A stretch of 64,000 bases of DNA, from positions 4,512,001 to 4,576,000 of the forward strand of contig CAWDXG010000004.1 in the NCBI GenBank assembly GCA_963806225.1, given 5' to 3'. Position 1 is the stretch's first letter. Each line of letters begins with the position of its first letter. Both the position numbers and the translations under genes were made by a program. Below, piece by piece: positions 30,566 to 41,258 of this stretch. Source of the stretch: an uncultured delta proteobacterium (GTDB taxonomy: Bacteria; Myxococcota_A; Polyangia; Polyangiales; Polyangiaceae). Below the pieces are notes generated by a model, which was given only the letters and a program-made list of their open reading frames with translations, was not told the DNA's origin and searched no databases.

Positions 30566-30607
30566 CAAAGAAATGCGCCCGGCTGTCGGGTGCTGACAGC
30601 CGGGCGC
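30566..30607 (-). terminator. Rho-independent terminator
   Basis: 13-bp perfect stem (30575-30587 with 30595-30607), 7-nt loop, followed on the minus strand by ATTTCTTTG; downstream of the 30682-31188 gene. Confidence 0.75.
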
Positions 30608-30681
30608 GCGGGGTGGGGGAGGAGGATCCCGGATGATCGCTAGCGTCTATTTCTGCATACGGGGCAGGGGGAGGAACGGTT

Positions 30682-31188
30682 TCACTTGCGCTGGCCGTGG
30701 TGGCGGCGTCCGTGGTGCCCGTGACGGCCCTTGCGCTCGTTGCGCATCGCCTTGAGCTTCGCCTGTTCGGCCTTGGTCAGGATCTTGTCGAGGGCGGAGC
30801 GCTCCTGCGCGCGGATGGCCTTCAGCCTGGCCCTCGAGGCCTTCATCGCGTCCCGCTCCCGCTTGAACGCGGCCTTGTCCTGGCTCTTGTTCTTCCGGAG
30901 CGCGCGCAGGGCCAACATGTGCTTGCGCATCTCGGCGCGGATCGGCTTTCGCTGTGCGTCGAAGCGAGCCATCGTGGTCAGCGCCTGCTGGGACCGCTTC
31001 GCGTCGACGCCGGCCTTCTTCAGCGCTGCGGTGCGGCGCGCCTGGCGCAGCTTGGCGCGCTCCGCGGGGCTCTTCTTGGCGTGGCCGTGACCTGCTGCGG
31101 GGGTCCGGCCTGCCGGCTCTGCGAATGCGGGGATCGTGAAGAACGAAGCGGCAAGGACGGCGGCGGCAAGGGTCTTGATCGGTCGCAT
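30682..31188 (-). CDS. Spy/CpxP-like periplasmic helical protein
   Basis: SD AAGGAG, signal peptide (AFA), Lys/Arg-rich helices, ILTKAEQ motif, His-rich ends. Confidence 0.7.
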   Translation of the reverse strand: MRPIKTLAAAVLAASFFTIPAFAEPAGRTPAAGHGHAKKSPAERAKLRQARRTAALKKAGVDAKRSQQALTTMARFDAQRKPIRAEMRKHMLALRALRKNKSQDKAAFKRERDAMKASRARLKAIRAQERSALDKILTKAEQAKLKAMRNERKGRHGHHGRRHHGQRK

Positions 31189-31326
31189 GAATGAGGCTCC
31201 TTGTGGACGGTGCCGGGGTCGCGTCGGTGCGCCGCGGCGTCTTCAACCTGCACATGCCGCTTCGCCGGTCGGCGTTAAGCCTCGGCGCTGGCCGGCCCGC
31301 CGCGTCTGGACTAGGTTACCGGCCGC

Positions 31327-31821
31327 ATGGCCGAAGAACACGACGACCCCGAGCAGCGCGCCCGGCACCTCGAGCGGCTGGATCAGGGCTTCGCCCAGGC
31401 GGTTCCGCACAACCGCGCGCTCGGCCTGAGGTTTGTCGACTACGACAAGGGCGTGGCGCGCATCCTGCTGCCGTACGCCGCTCACCTCGTCGGCAATCCG
31501 GAGAGCGGAGTGCTGCACGGCGGTGCCATTACCGCGACGATGGACGCGACTTGCGGCGCCGCGGTGTTTCTCAAGCTCGGCGTGCCAACGCCCATCGCGA
31601 CGCTGGATCTGCGCATCGACTACCTCAAACCGGCGACGCCGCCGAAGGACGTGGTGTGCCGGGCCGAGTGCTACAAGGTGACGAGCAACGTCGCGTTCGT
31701 GCGCGCGCTCGCTTTCCACGACGACGACGAGGACGATCCGATCGCCTCGGCTGCTGGCACGTTCATCATCTTCCGCAAGGGCGGCAAGTCGGCCATGCAG
31801 GGCCAGAAGACGGTGCCATGA
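31327..31821 (+). CDS. PaaI-family hotdog thioesterase
   Basis: GNPESGVLHGG...D and TLDLRIDYL motifs. Confidence 0.9.
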   Translation: MAEEHDDPEQRARHLERLDQGFAQAVPHNRALGLRFVDYDKGVARILLPYAAHLVGNPESGVLHGGAITATMDATCGAAVFLKLGVPTPIATLDLRIDYLKPATPPKDVVCRAECYKVTSNVAFVRALAFHDDDEDDPIASAAGTFIIFRKGGKSAMQGQKTVP

Positions 31822-32261
31822 GCCTGATCGAACTGGTGACCCGCGCCAAGGAGACCGGCGACTACCAGCCTATGATCGAGGCGATCCCGTATGCGCGCTT
31901 CCTCGGCATCTCGCTCGACAACTCGTCGGGCGAGATGCTCGGCAAGCTGAGCTTCGCCGATCACCTGGTCGGCAATCCGGTGCTCCCCGCGCTGCACGGC
32001 GGAACTATCGGTGCGCTGCTGGAATCCACCGCCATTTTCCAGCTGATGTGGGAGGCCGAGAGCGTCATCCTGCCGAAGACGATCAACGTCACCATAGAGT
32101 ATCTGCGTTCGGGTCGCCCAGTGGACACCTTCGCCCACGGCGTCATCACCAAGCAGGGGCGTCGCGTCGCCAGCGTGCGCGTCGAAGCGTGGCAGGAAGA
32201 CCGGAGCCGACCCATCGCAACGGCGCACGCGCACTTCCTGATCCGCCCAGCCGATGAATGA
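31818..32261 (+). CDS. PaaI-family hotdog thioesterase (second subunit/paralog)
   Basis: GNPVLPALHGG, TINVTIEYLR and KQGRRV motifs; ATGA overlap with the previous gene. Confidence 0.9.
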   Translation: MSLIELVTRAKETGDYQPMIEAIPYARFLGISLDNSSGEMLGKLSFADHLVGNPVLPALHGGTIGALLESTAIFQLMWEAESVILPKTINVTIEYLRSGRPVDTFAHGVITKQGRRVASVRVEAWQEDRSRPIATAHAHFLIRPADE

Positions 32262-32407
32262 ATAGCGGCTACGGGTAGTTGCAGGTCCGCGTCGCGCAGC
32301 TCGTATTCATGCTCGACCGCCGGCTCGGCCCTGGCCCGCGGTCCCGCCGCTGGAAGCGCGGCCGGCAGCCCTTCGAAAAGCGATCTGCACGCATGACACG
32401 CGGCGCA

Positions 32408-32423
32408 TGTGATCGCCGTCAGA
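32408..32423. promoter_or_regulatory. CRP-like site upstream of pntA
   Basis: TGTGA-N6-TCAGA, one mismatch from TGTGA-N6-TCACA. Confidence 0.35.
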
Positions 32424-32541
32424 TGAATCTCCACGGAACGCAACCGCTCCGGCTCGATTTGAGCTATGGAGACCCCAGCCTGGAGACCGCGCCCCCCCGC
32501 CGGAGCGGGGTCGTCCAGGCCTCCCCGACAGCTGCTGGATC

Positions 32542-34107
32542 ATGAAAGTAGGCGTCCCCAGAGAGGTGCATGCCGGCGAACGACGTGTAGCCGCCACGCC
32601 GGACACCACCGCCCGACTGAAGAAGCTCGGATTCGAGGTGCTCATCGAATCCGGAGCCGGCGAAGCAGCGTCGTTCCCCGACGCGGAGTACGAGAAGGCC
32701 GGCGCCACGCTGGTGTCCGGAGCCGCCGAGCTCTGGGGCCAGTCGGACATCGTCCTCAAGGTGACGCCTCCCGAACCCGACGAAGCGGACCTGCTCCGCG
32801 AGGGCGCCACGCTGGTCAGCTTCTTCTGGCCTGCGAGGAACAAGGAGCTCATCGAGCGGCTGGCCCAGCGCAAGGTCACCGTGCTTGCGATGGACCAGGT
32901 GCCGCGCATCTCGCGCGCCCAGAAGCTGGACGCGCTCAGCTCCATGGCCAACATCGCCGGCTACCGCGCGGTGATCGAGGCGGCGGGCCTGTTCGGTCGT
33001 TTCTTCACCGGGCAGATGACGGCGGCCGGCAAGGTTCCGCCTGCCAAGGTCCTCGTGATCGGCGCGGGCGTGGCGGGCCTCGCCGCCATCGGAGCCGCAC
33101 GCGGACTCGGAGCCATCGTGCGCGCGTTCGACACGCGGCCAGCCGTCAAGGAGCAGGTCCAGAGCATGGGCGCCGACTTCCTCGAGCTCGACTTCCAGGA
33201 GGAGGGCGCGGGCCAGGGCGGCTACGCGAAGGTGATGAGCAAGGAGTTCATTGCCGCCGAAATGGCGCTGTTCGCCGCGCAGGCCAAGGACGTAGACATC
33301 ATCATCACCACCGCGCTGATCCCGGGCAGGCCAGCGCCCCGCCTGCTCAGCGAGGAGGTGGTCGAGAGCATGCACCCCGGCTCGGTCATTGTGGACCTGG
33401 CAGCCGAGACGGGTGGCAACTGCGCGCTGACGAAGCCGGGCGAGGTCGCACGCCACAAGGGCGTTGCGATCGTCGGCTACACCGACCTGCCCAGCCGTCT
33501 CGCCCCGACGGCCAGCCAGCTATACGGCAACAACCTGTGCCACCTGCTTTCGGACATGGGAGGCGCAGAGGGCTGGCACATCGACCTCGAAGACGAGGTC
33601 ACTCGCGGCGTCCTGGTGCTGCTGGACGGCGAGCTGATGTGGCCGCCTCCCAAGCCGGAGGCGGCGCCGGCAGCGAAACCCGCGGAGAAGCCCGCTCCTT
33701 CGAAGCCCGCTCCTCCACCCGCCGCCACTTCCGCGCAAGCGCCGCGCGAGGACGCCAGCGTCCACGGCGTGCGCACGGCGGTCTTCTCGATCATCGCAGC
33801 CGCGGCTCTGGTCGGCCTGGGAATGGTCGCGCCGAAGGAGCTGCTCTCGCACGTCACCGTGTTCGTACTCGCCTGCTTTGTCGGCTGGCAGGTTGTCTGG
33901 AACGTGACGCCGGCTCTGCACACGCCGCTCATGAGCGTCACCAACGCCATCAGCGGCATCATCCTGATCGGCGGCATGCTCGAGATCTCGGGCCACGTTA
34001 CTTCGTCGGTCACGATCCTCGGCGCTGCCGCCGTGCTGCTGGCGACGATCAATATTTCCGGCGGCTTCCTCGTCACGCAGCGCATGCTGCGCATGTTCCA
34101 CAAGTAG
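32542..34107 (+). CDS. pntA: NAD(P) transhydrogenase subunit alpha
   Basis: [34 protein letters not shown] and [14 protein letters not shown] motifs. Confidence 0.97.
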   Translation: MKVGVPREVHAGERRVAATPDTTARLKKLGFEVLIESGAGEAASFPDAEYEKAGATLVSGAAELWGQSDIVLKVTPPEPDEADLLREGATLVSFFWPARNKELIERLAQRKVTVLAMDQVPRISRAQKLDALSSMANIAGYRAVIEAAGLFGRFFTGQMTAAGKVPPAKVLVIGAGVAGLAAIGAARGLGAIVRAFDTRPAVKEQVQSMGADFLELDFQEEGAGQGGYAKVMSKEFIAAEMALFAAQAKDVDIIITTALIPGRPAPRLLSEEVVESMHPGSVIVDLAAETGGNCALTKPGEVARHKGVAIVGYTDLPSRLAPTASQLYGNNLCHLLSDMGGAEGWHIDLEDEVTRGVLVLLDGELMWPPPKPEAAPAAKPAEKPAPSKPAPPPAATSAQAPREDASVHGVRTAVFSIIAAAALVGLGMVAPKELLSHVTVFVLACFVGWQVVWNVTPALHTPLMSVTNAISGIILIGGMLEISGHVTSSVTILGAAAVLLATINISGGFLVTQRMLRMFHK

Positions 34108-34109
34108 CC

Positions 34110-35534
34110 ATGCCCGCGAGTCTCCTCACAGTTGCCTACATTGTGGCCGGCGTGCTGTTCATCTTCAGCCTCGCCGGGCTGAGCACCCAGGAGTCGGCGC
34201 GCCGCGGCAATCTGTTCGGCATCATCGGCATGCTGATCGCGCTGGGCGCGACCGCAGCCAGTGGGCGTGTGACCGGCTACGGCATGCTGGCGATCGTGGT
34301 CGCGATCGGCGCGGTGATCGGCGCCTTGATGGCTCTGCGCGTGGCGATGACCTCCATGCCGCAGCTTGTGGCTGCGCTGCACAGCTTCGTCGGCGCCGCC
34401 GCCGTTCTGGTCGGCTTCGCGAGCTACCTCGATCCAGACCACCACTTCACCGGCGCCGAGGCCACTATCCACTCGGTGGAGGTGTTCGTCGGCGTCTTCA
34501 TCGGCGCGATCACCCTCACCGGTTCGGTCGTCGCGTTCGGCAAGCTGCAGGGCATCATCCGCAGCAAGCCGCTGACGCTCCCGGCGCGGCACTGGCTGAA
34601 CCTCACGGTCGTCGGCGCTTCACTGTTCCTGGGTGCTCGCTTCCTCGGTGTCGCTTCGCCGCTGGGCCTGGTGGACCTGGTGGTGATGACGGCGCTGGCG
34701 AGCGTCCTGGGCGTTCATCTCGTGATGGCGATCGGCGGTGCGGACATGCCGGTCGTCGTGAGCATGCTCAACAGCTACAGCGGCTGGGCGGCGGCAGCGG
34801 CGGGCTTCATGCTCGACAACGATCTGCTCATCATCACGGGCGCGTTGGTGGGCTCGAGTGGCGCCATCCTGAGCTACATCATGTGCAAGGCGATGAACCG
34901 CTCCATCGTCAGTGTCATCTTCGGCGGTTTTGGAGCGGCCGAGGGCGCAGCGCCGGCCCCGGGCGGGGCCCCGGTCGGTGAAGCGGTGTCGGTCACCGCT
35001 TCTGAAACGGCCGACCTGTTGCGCGGCTCGAAGAGCGTGGTCGTGGTGCCCGGATACGGCATGGCGGTGGCACAGGCGCAGTACCCGCTGTACGAGGTGG
35101 CGCGCATGCTTCGCGACGCTGGCGCGAAGGTGCGCTTCGCGATCCATCCCGTCGCCGGGCGTCTGCCCGGGCACATGAACGTGCTCCTCGCCGAGGCGAA
35201 GGTCCCGTACGATATCGTCTTCGAGATGGACGAGATCAACGAGGACTTCCCGGAAACGGACACGGTCCTGGTGATCGGCGCGAACGACATCGTCAATCCC
35301 GGTGCGCTGGACGACGCCTCGAGCCCCATCTACGGCATGCCCGTGCTCGAGGTGTGGAAGGCGAAGACCACTATCGTGATGAAGCGCAGCCTGGCCACCG
35401 GCTACGCGGGCGTCGACAATCCGCTCTTCTACAAGGACAACACGCGGATGCTATTCGGCGACGCGAAGAAGAACGTCGACGCCATCCTGGCCGAGCTCCG
35501 CGCCTCCAGCGGTGCCGCGGCAGCAGCGGAATAG
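34110..35534 (+). CDS. pntB: NAD(P) transhydrogenase subunit beta
   Basis: [47 protein letters not shown] and KRS motifs. Confidence 0.97.
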   Translation: MPASLLTVAYIVAGVLFIFSLAGLSTQESARRGNLFGIIGMLIALGATAASGRVTGYGMLAIVVAIGAVIGALMALRVAMTSMPQLVAALHSFVGAAAVLVGFASYLDPDHHFTGAEATIHSVEVFVGVFIGAITLTGSVVAFGKLQGIIRSKPLTLPARHWLNLTVVGASLFLGARFLGVASPLGLVDLVVMTALASVLGVHLVMAIGGADMPVVVSMLNSYSGWAAAAAGFMLDNDLLIITGALVGSSGAILSYIMCKAMNRSIVSVIFGGFGAAEGAAPAPGGAPVGEAVSVTASETADLLRGSKSVVVVPGYGMAVAQAQYPLYEVARMLRDAGAKVRFAIHPVAGRLPGHMNVLLAEAKVPYDIVFEMDEINEDFPETDTVLVIGANDIVNPGALDDASSPIYGMPVLEVWKAKTTIVMKRSLATGYAGVDNPLFYKDNTRMLFGDAKKNVDAILAELRASSGAAAAAE

Positions 35535-35598
35535 CCCGGCGGCGAGCGCGCCGGGGAACCCGGCATCCGGAGCGGGAGGATTCGGGTACCATCGCAGG

Positions 35599-36645
35599 AT
35601 GCGGTGGGGTGCAGTTCTGGCTCTGGCGGCGGTGCTTGCGAGCCCGCCGGCGGCGGCGTTCCAGCTGGACGACTCGCTGAAAGGTTCGACCGTGGGGCAC
35701 CCTGTCGGCGGATCGATCGGCGCCAATGGCTGGACGGTGACGAGCCGGACCGATCGGCTCTGGTATTCGATCCCGACGCTGGTCTCGGGGTCGATCGAGT
35801 TCACGGTGACGAACCTCACGACGGCAGGGCTCTTCCCGGGCGACAACGAGCTGTTCGCCATGTACGAGGACGGCTACGGCATGGGCGAGCCGATCGCGTA
35901 CAACCCCGCGCTGCGAAACAATTTCGAGAAATGCATGCTGCGCGTGTACGGCCCGCAGGATGCATCGCGCCTCGGACAGCAGAAGCTGATGTGGGGGCTC
36001 TGCAACGGTGGCGATCCGGGCTACGGCACGTGCCCCTGTGCGAGCTCGTTCTTCGAGGAACCGTTCGGCGGTGACGGGAACTGGGACGGTTCGCCGCAGC
36101 GGATCCGGATCGAGTGGGGCTCGGGCCACGCGCGGCTGCTCCGCAACGGCGGCGTTGTGCTCGACATCGACTACTCGGGCAGCGGGCTCACCTACGGTCC
36201 CAGTGAGCAGCACTTCTCGCTCGGCACGGCGCGCGCTTCCGCGGTCGGCACCTCCGGCATGCCCACCGGCATCGTGTTCAGCGACGTGTCGGTGAGCGGC
36301 ACCCAGGGCAGCGCGCTGGTCTGCAGCCCGGTGCCGCCGGACGCGGGCAGCGGCGGCAGCGCGGGCTCCGGCGGGTCACCGACGGTGGACAGCGGCAGCC
36401 CGGACACGACCGCGGGCGGCGGCGCGAGTGGCGGCGGCGCGAGTGGCGGCGGCGCGAGTGGCGACGGCGCTGCGAGCGGAGGCACCGGCGGCACCGCGGA
36501 CGGCGGATTGCCGTCGCGCGGCAGCACCGTCGCAGACGCGGGCGGGTGCGGCTGTCGCGTGGGTGGGAGGCGTGGCGGAGCGGGCGCGCTGTTCGCGGCG
36601 ACCCTTGCGCTGCTCGTGGGGTGGCGCCGCCGTCGAGGCGCGTGA
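35599..36645 (+). CDS. Secreted beta-rich protein with MYXO-CTERM-like anchor
   Basis: Signal peptide, beta-rich domain, GGGAS linker repeats, GGCGC + TM + WRRRR. Confidence 0.78.
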   Translation: MRWGAVLALAAVLASPPAAAFQLDDSLKGSTVGHPVGGSIGANGWTVTSRTDRLWYSIPTLVSGSIEFTVTNLTTAGLFPGDNELFAMYEDGYGMGEPIAYNPALRNNFEKCMLRVYGPQDASRLGQQKLMWGLCNGGDPGYGTCPCASSFFEEPFGGDGNWDGSPQRIRIEWGSGHARLLRNGGVVLDIDYSGSGLTYGPSEQHFSLGTARASAVGTSGMPTGIVFSDVSVSGTQGSALVCSPVPPDAGSGGSAGSGGSPTVDSGSPDTTAGGGASGGGASGGGASGDGAASGGTGGTADGGLPSRGSTVADAGGCGCRVGGRRGGAGALFAATLALLVGWRRRRGA

Positions 36646-36728
36646 TTCGCCCGTCGAAAAGCGCACGAAGCCGCAATGCCTGCACGCGCTGCGTCGTTGC
36701 CGACAGATAGCGCGGCGCGCTACGCTTT

Positions 36729-37523
36729 TTGATCGTGCGGCGCGCTGTTCCTTTTCTGGTCGGGGCAGGGATGCTCCTTCTGGCCCCACTGGCTCTGGCA
36801 GTTGGGCACCGGCACGTCGTTCCAGCGGCTGCCACGGCCCCTACGCCAACCAGGAGCAGCCCGGAGCACGCGCCGTCGCGGCCCTCGAAGCTCGAAAAGC
36901 GGAGCTACGTCGTGGCGGCCATCGGCGACTCGCTGACGGACACGCGCGTCGGCGGTGGGCGCTATCTGGTGGAGCTGCAGAAGCGCTGCCCGAAAAGCCG
37001 TTTCGACGCGTACGGCGTCGGCGGTCAGCGCACCGATCAGATGCGCTGGCGTCTGATGCAGGATCTGTTCGGCGTCGGGCTGCCGCGCCGCCTGTCGCGG
37101 AACAAGCCGCACTACACGCACGTGATCATCTTCGGCGGCGTGAACGATCTGCTCGCGGGATTGCTGGTCGGTCCGAGACGCCTCCGCCGCACTGAACACA
37201 ATCTGTCGTGGATGTACCGGACGGCGCGCGAGCACGGTGTGAAGGTGATCGCGATGACGGTGCCGCCCTGGGGACGGCTGCGCGGGGTCGTCGACCGTCG
37301 GGTCGAGGCGACGCACAGGCTCAACACGTGGATGTTCAAGCAGGAGAAGCTCGGCAAGCTGGATGCCGTGTTCGACACCTATCCGCTCTTGAGCTGCGGC
37401 GACCCCAACGTGCTCTGTCGGAGCTACCGCCGCTTCGTGAACGACGACGTCCACTGGGGGCGCCGCGGCCACAAGTTGATCGGTGACGCGCTCTACAAGC
37501 AGGTGTTCCCCGACTGCGAGTAG
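36729..37523 (+). CDS. SGNH/GDSL hydrolase
   Basis: IGDSLT, GVGG, GGVND and DDVH motifs; signal peptide. Confidence 0.9.
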   Translation: MIVRRAVPFLVGAGMLLLAPLALAVGHRHVVPAAATAPTPTRSSPEHAPSRPSKLEKRSYVVAAIGDSLTDTRVGGGRYLVELQKRCPKSRFDAYGVGGQRTDQMRWRLMQDLFGVGLPRRLSRNKPHYTHVIIFGGVNDLLAGLLVGPRRLRRTEHNLSWMYRTAREHGVKVIAMTVPPWGRLRGVVDRRVEATHRLNTWMFKQEKLGKLDAVFDTYPLLSCGDPNVLCRSYRRFVNDDVHWGRRGHKLIGDALYKQVFPDCE

Positions 37524-37541
37524 CTGCTAGATTGCCCGTCG

Positions 37542-38405
37542 ATGGCATCTCCCCAGCCCCTCGTGCTTGCACCCGTCCCCGCGACGGCGCGTTCCGTCAC
37601 TTTCACGCTGCGCGCGGCAAGCGATCCGCGCGCGGGTCTGACGGCTCTCGCCGCCGCTGTCCAGCCTGGGATGACCGTGCTCGGTCTCGGTGCGCCGCTG
37701 GTGGCGGCCCTCGGCGCGGAGGTCCCCGGCTTGCGCGCCTTCCCAGCGCTCCCGGGTCCGGGGGTCCACGTGCCGTCCACCCAGGGTGCGGTGTGGCTGC
37801 TCATGCGCGGCGCCGATCGCGGGGCTGTGGACGACCGCGTGCGTCGCGCGCGCAGCGTGCTGGGTGACGCCTACCAGGTTGCCGACGACGTGGAACTGTT
37901 CAAGTACCGGGACGGGCGGGATCTGACGGGCTACGTGGACGGAACCGAGAACCCGACGGACGAGGCTGCCGTCCAAGCCGCGATCGCCGCCGACGGCTCG
38001 AGCTTCGTGGCCGTGCAGCGCTGGGCTCACGACCTCGAGTGGTTCGGGCGGCTGCCCGAGCAGGAGCGGGACCACGTCTTCGGCCGCCGTGCCAGCGACA
38101 ACGAGGAGCTGGACGATGCGCCGGACTACGCTCACGTCAAACGTGCCGCGCAGGAGAGCTTCGATCCGGAGGCGTTCATGGTGCGGCGCTCGATGCCGTA
38201 CATCAACCGGCGCGAGAAGGGGCTGTTGTTCATCGCCTACGGCGAGAGTCTCGATCGTTACGAGCGGGTGCTGAGGCGCATGGCCGGCCTCGACGACGGC
38301 ATCGTCGATGGTCTGTTCCGGTTCAGCCGTCCTGCCACAGGGAGCTACTACTGGTGCCCGCCGGTCGCGGGCGGGCGTGTCGATCTGTCGAGCGTCGGGC
38401 TCTGA
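37542..38405 (+). CDS. Dyp-type peroxidase
   Basis: DLTGYVDGTEN (GxxDG), AHVKR and RRSMPY motifs. Confidence 0.93.
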   Translation: MASPQPLVLAPVPATARSVTFTLRAASDPRAGLTALAAAVQPGMTVLGLGAPLVAALGAEVPGLRAFPALPGPGVHVPSTQGAVWLLMRGADRGAVDDRVRRARSVLGDAYQVADDVELFKYRDGRDLTGYVDGTENPTDEAAVQAAIAADGSSFVAVQRWAHDLEWFGRLPEQERDHVFGRRASDNEELDDAPDYAHVKRAAQESFDPEAFMVRRSMPYINRREKGLLFIAYGESLDRYERVLRRMAGLDDGIVDGLFRFSRPATGSYYWCPPVAGGRVDLSSVGL

Positions 38406-38407
38406 CG

Positions 38408-40237
38408 CTACGGCCAGCGCAGGAGCGATACCGCAGGGATGTGCACCGACGCGCCGATCGCGGGCGGCTTGAAGCTCGCGAAGCCGTGCCGCGTCCAGAC
38501 GATCCAGTCGAGCCCGGGGGCCTCGAGCGGGCGGTCGAACGTGACGCGGACCAGCGCCGGGCGGCCGTCCGCAGTCTCTTCGACGACCTGGACGTTGTCG
38601 CCGTCGACCCGGACGCTCGTGCCCACCGGCATGCGGTGACGCGGATCCCGCACAAGCAGCTCGGTTCCTCCCTGGATGAATCCGCCGGCGGATCGCACCA
38701 GCAGTGTTCGCGGGCCGGTGCGGTAGAGGTCCACCGCACGCGTCCCCACCGCGAGCGGAAACAGGCTGGCGGGTATCGGCTGGCCGTGGGCCCAGCGCGT
38801 GACCAGTAGATACCCGGTGAAGGCTCCGTCCGGTGCGTTGACCAGCACGACGCGACGCTGCGGGAGACCCGGCGCCTCCGGAAAAGTGGCCGCGAGCTGG
38901 TCCGCCACATGCTGCATGAAGGCGAACTGGAACGCGCCCACCTGGAACACCAGCGGCGAGAGCAGCAGATGCCCCCCGCCCGCCCAGACCGCGATCGCGA
39001 CGAAAGGCGCGCGCAGCGCTCGGCGCGAAGGCAGAGCGGGGCTCCGCTCGACCACCGAGTGGACCATCAACGCCACCAGCCCGATCAAACCGAACCCCGC
39101 GAGCAGAAGCGTGCGCGCCGACGGTGCGACTGCCGAGATCGGAACAGCGGCCAGCGCCGCGCCGAGCAGGAAGAAGCGCGCGACCGCGCTCCGTCGAACC
39201 AGCGGCACGATCGCGAATGCGGCCAGCGCCAGCACGCCGACCGCGATCGCGATCAAGGCGAGCTGGAGAGATCCGGACACCAGCGGGTAGGCATCCGGCG
39301 TCGGAGCGCCGAGCTCCGCGGCGAGCAGCAGCGACAGGTTCACGGGCAGATGGCGCGCGAACAACAGCGGCGAGCGGAGGGGGTCGTAGTACAGCCCCGA
39401 GCCCCGCACGCCGTAGTGACCGAAGTGGTAGATAGCGGCCCACGCCGCCACGACGGCGGCGTGCGGAGCCAGCGAAAATGCACGGCGGCGCCCGCGGGAC
39501 GGGTCGAGGAACAGCGCGTAGGCCGCGAGATAGCCGGTAATCCCCAGCGCCGCCTCGCCCGCAAGCAGCGCCAAGGCCAGCACGAGCGGCGACAGCCAGG
39601 CCGCGACGCGGCGGCCCGCCCGTCCCTGCACGTACAGCCACAGCGCCGCGAGCGCAAAGGCGCCGCTGACCAGGATGTTGCGGTTGGCGATCCATCCGAC
39701 GGGCGTGCCGTGCGTGTGATCCAGGGCGTAGAGCAGCGCGGCGAAGCCCGCTGCCCAGCCAGCTCCGATCGTGCGGCGGTAGAGCGCCGCCGCAAGGGCG
39801 ACAACGAGCAGAAACCAGGCGATCGACTGCGCGTGCATCAAGAGCGGCGTGCCGGGCCACAGCTGGTAGTCGAGCCAATGGGTCACCGCACTGACCGGTC
39901 TGAGGAAGCTGATCCTGAGCGCCGGATCGGCCCACCACGCGCCGATGCCCTGATCGAGCAGCCACTGGCTGCGCGCCGGATCGCCGTCATAGAAGGTGAA
40001 CAGGGCGAACCCCGGTTTCAGCGCCGGCGCCCATCGTGCCGCGTGGGTCAGATAGATCCGGTGCCAGTAGTCGTCGGCTGCGAGCCCCGCGAACAGCGAC
40101 GGCAACGCCACGATCGCCGCCGCCACGAGTGACACGAGCGTTGCGCGCGGCCCTGCGAGCAGCGCCCGCGCCCGGGCGAAGCGGCCGCCTGGATGAAGCT
40201 CCCCCGCCTGATCGTCCTGGGAGCCTCCGGAGCCCAT
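38408..40237 (-). CDS. Polytopic membrane protein, GT-C (PMT/TMTC-like) glycosyltransferase-like
   Basis: ADD after TM1; FLRPVS...WLDYQLW, H and WIANR motifs; many TM segments; soluble C-domain. Confidence 0.6.
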   Translation of the reverse strand: MGSGGSQDDQAGELHPGGRFARARALLAGPRATLVSLVAAAIVALPSLFAGLAADDYWHRIYLTHAARWAPALKPGFALFTFYDGDPARSQWLLDQGIGAWWADPALRISFLRPVSAVTHWLDYQLWPGTPLLMHAQSIAWFLLVVALAAALYRRTIGAGWAAGFAALLYALDHTHGTPVGWIANRNILVSGAFALAALWLYVQGRAGRRVAAWLSPLVLALALLAGEAALGITGYLAAYALFLDPSRGRRRAFSLAPHAAVVAAWAAIYHFGHYGVRGSGLYYDPLRSPLLFARHLPVNLSLLLAAELGAPTPDAYPLVSGSLQLALIAIAVGVLALAAFAIVPLVRRSAVARFFLLGAALAAVPISAVAPSARTLLLAGFGLIGLVALMVHSVVERSPALPSRRALRAPFVAIAVWAGGGHLLLSPLVFQVGAFQFAFMQHVADQLAATFPEAPGLPQRRVVLVNAPDGAFTGYLLVTRWAHGQPIPASLFPLAVGTRAVDLYRTGPRTLLVRSAGGFIQGGTELLVRDPRHRMPVGTSVRVDGDNVQVVEETADGRPALVRVTFDRPLEAPGLDWIVWTRHGFASFKPPAIGASVHIPAVSLLRWP

Positions 40238-40315
40238 GGGCCCAGCCTAGCCCAGCGAGCGCCGAACGTGTCCGCTAGCCCCTACCGATCCCCGGGTTCG
40301 CGTCTACGATTGGGC

Positions 40316-41209
40316 ATGGCTCTCCCCCGCGGATTCGAAGACGCTCTGGGCGTGGGGCGCACGGCCGCGCGCTATCTCGCCGAGGCGCGGCCGGCGAGTC
40401 GCTCTTTCATGTCGGACGGCGTCCCCATCCACTACACGGAAGTGGGCGACGGGCCGCCCGTCGTGCTCGTTCATGGCTTTGCGGTCAGCGGTGATCTCAA
40501 CTGGCGGCTGCCCGGGGTCACCCGGAAGATCGCGCGGGACTACCGGGTCATCACGGTCGATCTGCGCGGACACGGGCGGAGCGGCAAGCCGCATGCGCTC
40601 GAGGCCTACGGCGACAACCTGACGCTCGACATCGTGCGTCTGCTCGATCACCTCGGGCTCGAGCGGGCCCACGTTGCCGGCTACTCGCTGGGCGGCTTCG
40701 TCACGCTGAAGCTGGCGGTCTTCGCCCCCGAGCGGCTGCTGAGCGCGTCGATCCTCGGTGCGGGCTGGGAGCCGCCGGACAACAGCGCGCTCCTCGACGC
40801 GCTGCCCAGGCTGGCCGAGTCGCTCGAAGCGGGGCGCGGCATCGGTCCCGTTGCGGGGAATCTCGGAAGCGAGCGCAAGAAGCCCGGGCTCGGCCACCGG
40901 CTGTGGGTGAAGCTGATGACCCGCTACTTCAACGACCAGCGCGCCCTCATCGGGGTTATCCGCTCGGTGCCCGGGCTCGCCGTGAGCGAGGCGGAGCTCC
41001 GCGCCGTGACGGTTCCGCTGTGCAGTATCGTTGGCAGTCGCGATCCGCTCATCGAGAGCGCCCGGGCGATGTGCGACGTCGTCGCTGATCTTGCCGTGAC
41101 GGTGATTCCGGATGCCGACCACATCCAGGCACCCGCCCGCCCCGAGCTGCACGCGGCGCTTCGGCAGTTCTTCGAGTCCGTGGAGGCCGGGTCCGCTGCT
41201 CGAGCGTGA
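40316..41209 (+). CDS. Alpha/beta hydrolase
   Basis: LVHG, DLRGHGRS, GYSLGG and C-terminal D/H motifs. Confidence 0.9.
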   Translation: MALPRGFEDALGVGRTAARYLAEARPASRSFMSDGVPIHYTEVGDGPPVVLVHGFAVSGDLNWRLPGVTRKIARDYRVITVDLRGHGRSGKPHALEAYGDNLTLDIVRLLDHLGLERAHVAGYSLGGFVTLKLAVFAPERLLSASILGAGWEPPDNSALLDALPRLAESLEAGRGIGPVAGNLGSERKKPGLGHRLWVKLMTRYFNDQRALIGVIRSVPGLAVSEAELRAVTVPLCSIVGSRDPLIESARAMCDVVADLAVTVIPDADHIQAPARPELHAALRQFFESVEAGSAARA

Positions 41210-41258
41210 GCCCGCGACAGGGAAGCATCGCCGGCGCGCGGACGTACGCTCGCGTGCC

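Noticed and set aside
32466..35534. 1022-aa ORF suggesting a PntB fusion
   Set aside because: The N-terminal half is an off-frame read-through over pntA; PntB starts at 34110
37542..38405. DyP as encapsulin cargo
   Set aside because: No encapsulin gene adjacent and no C-terminal targeting extension
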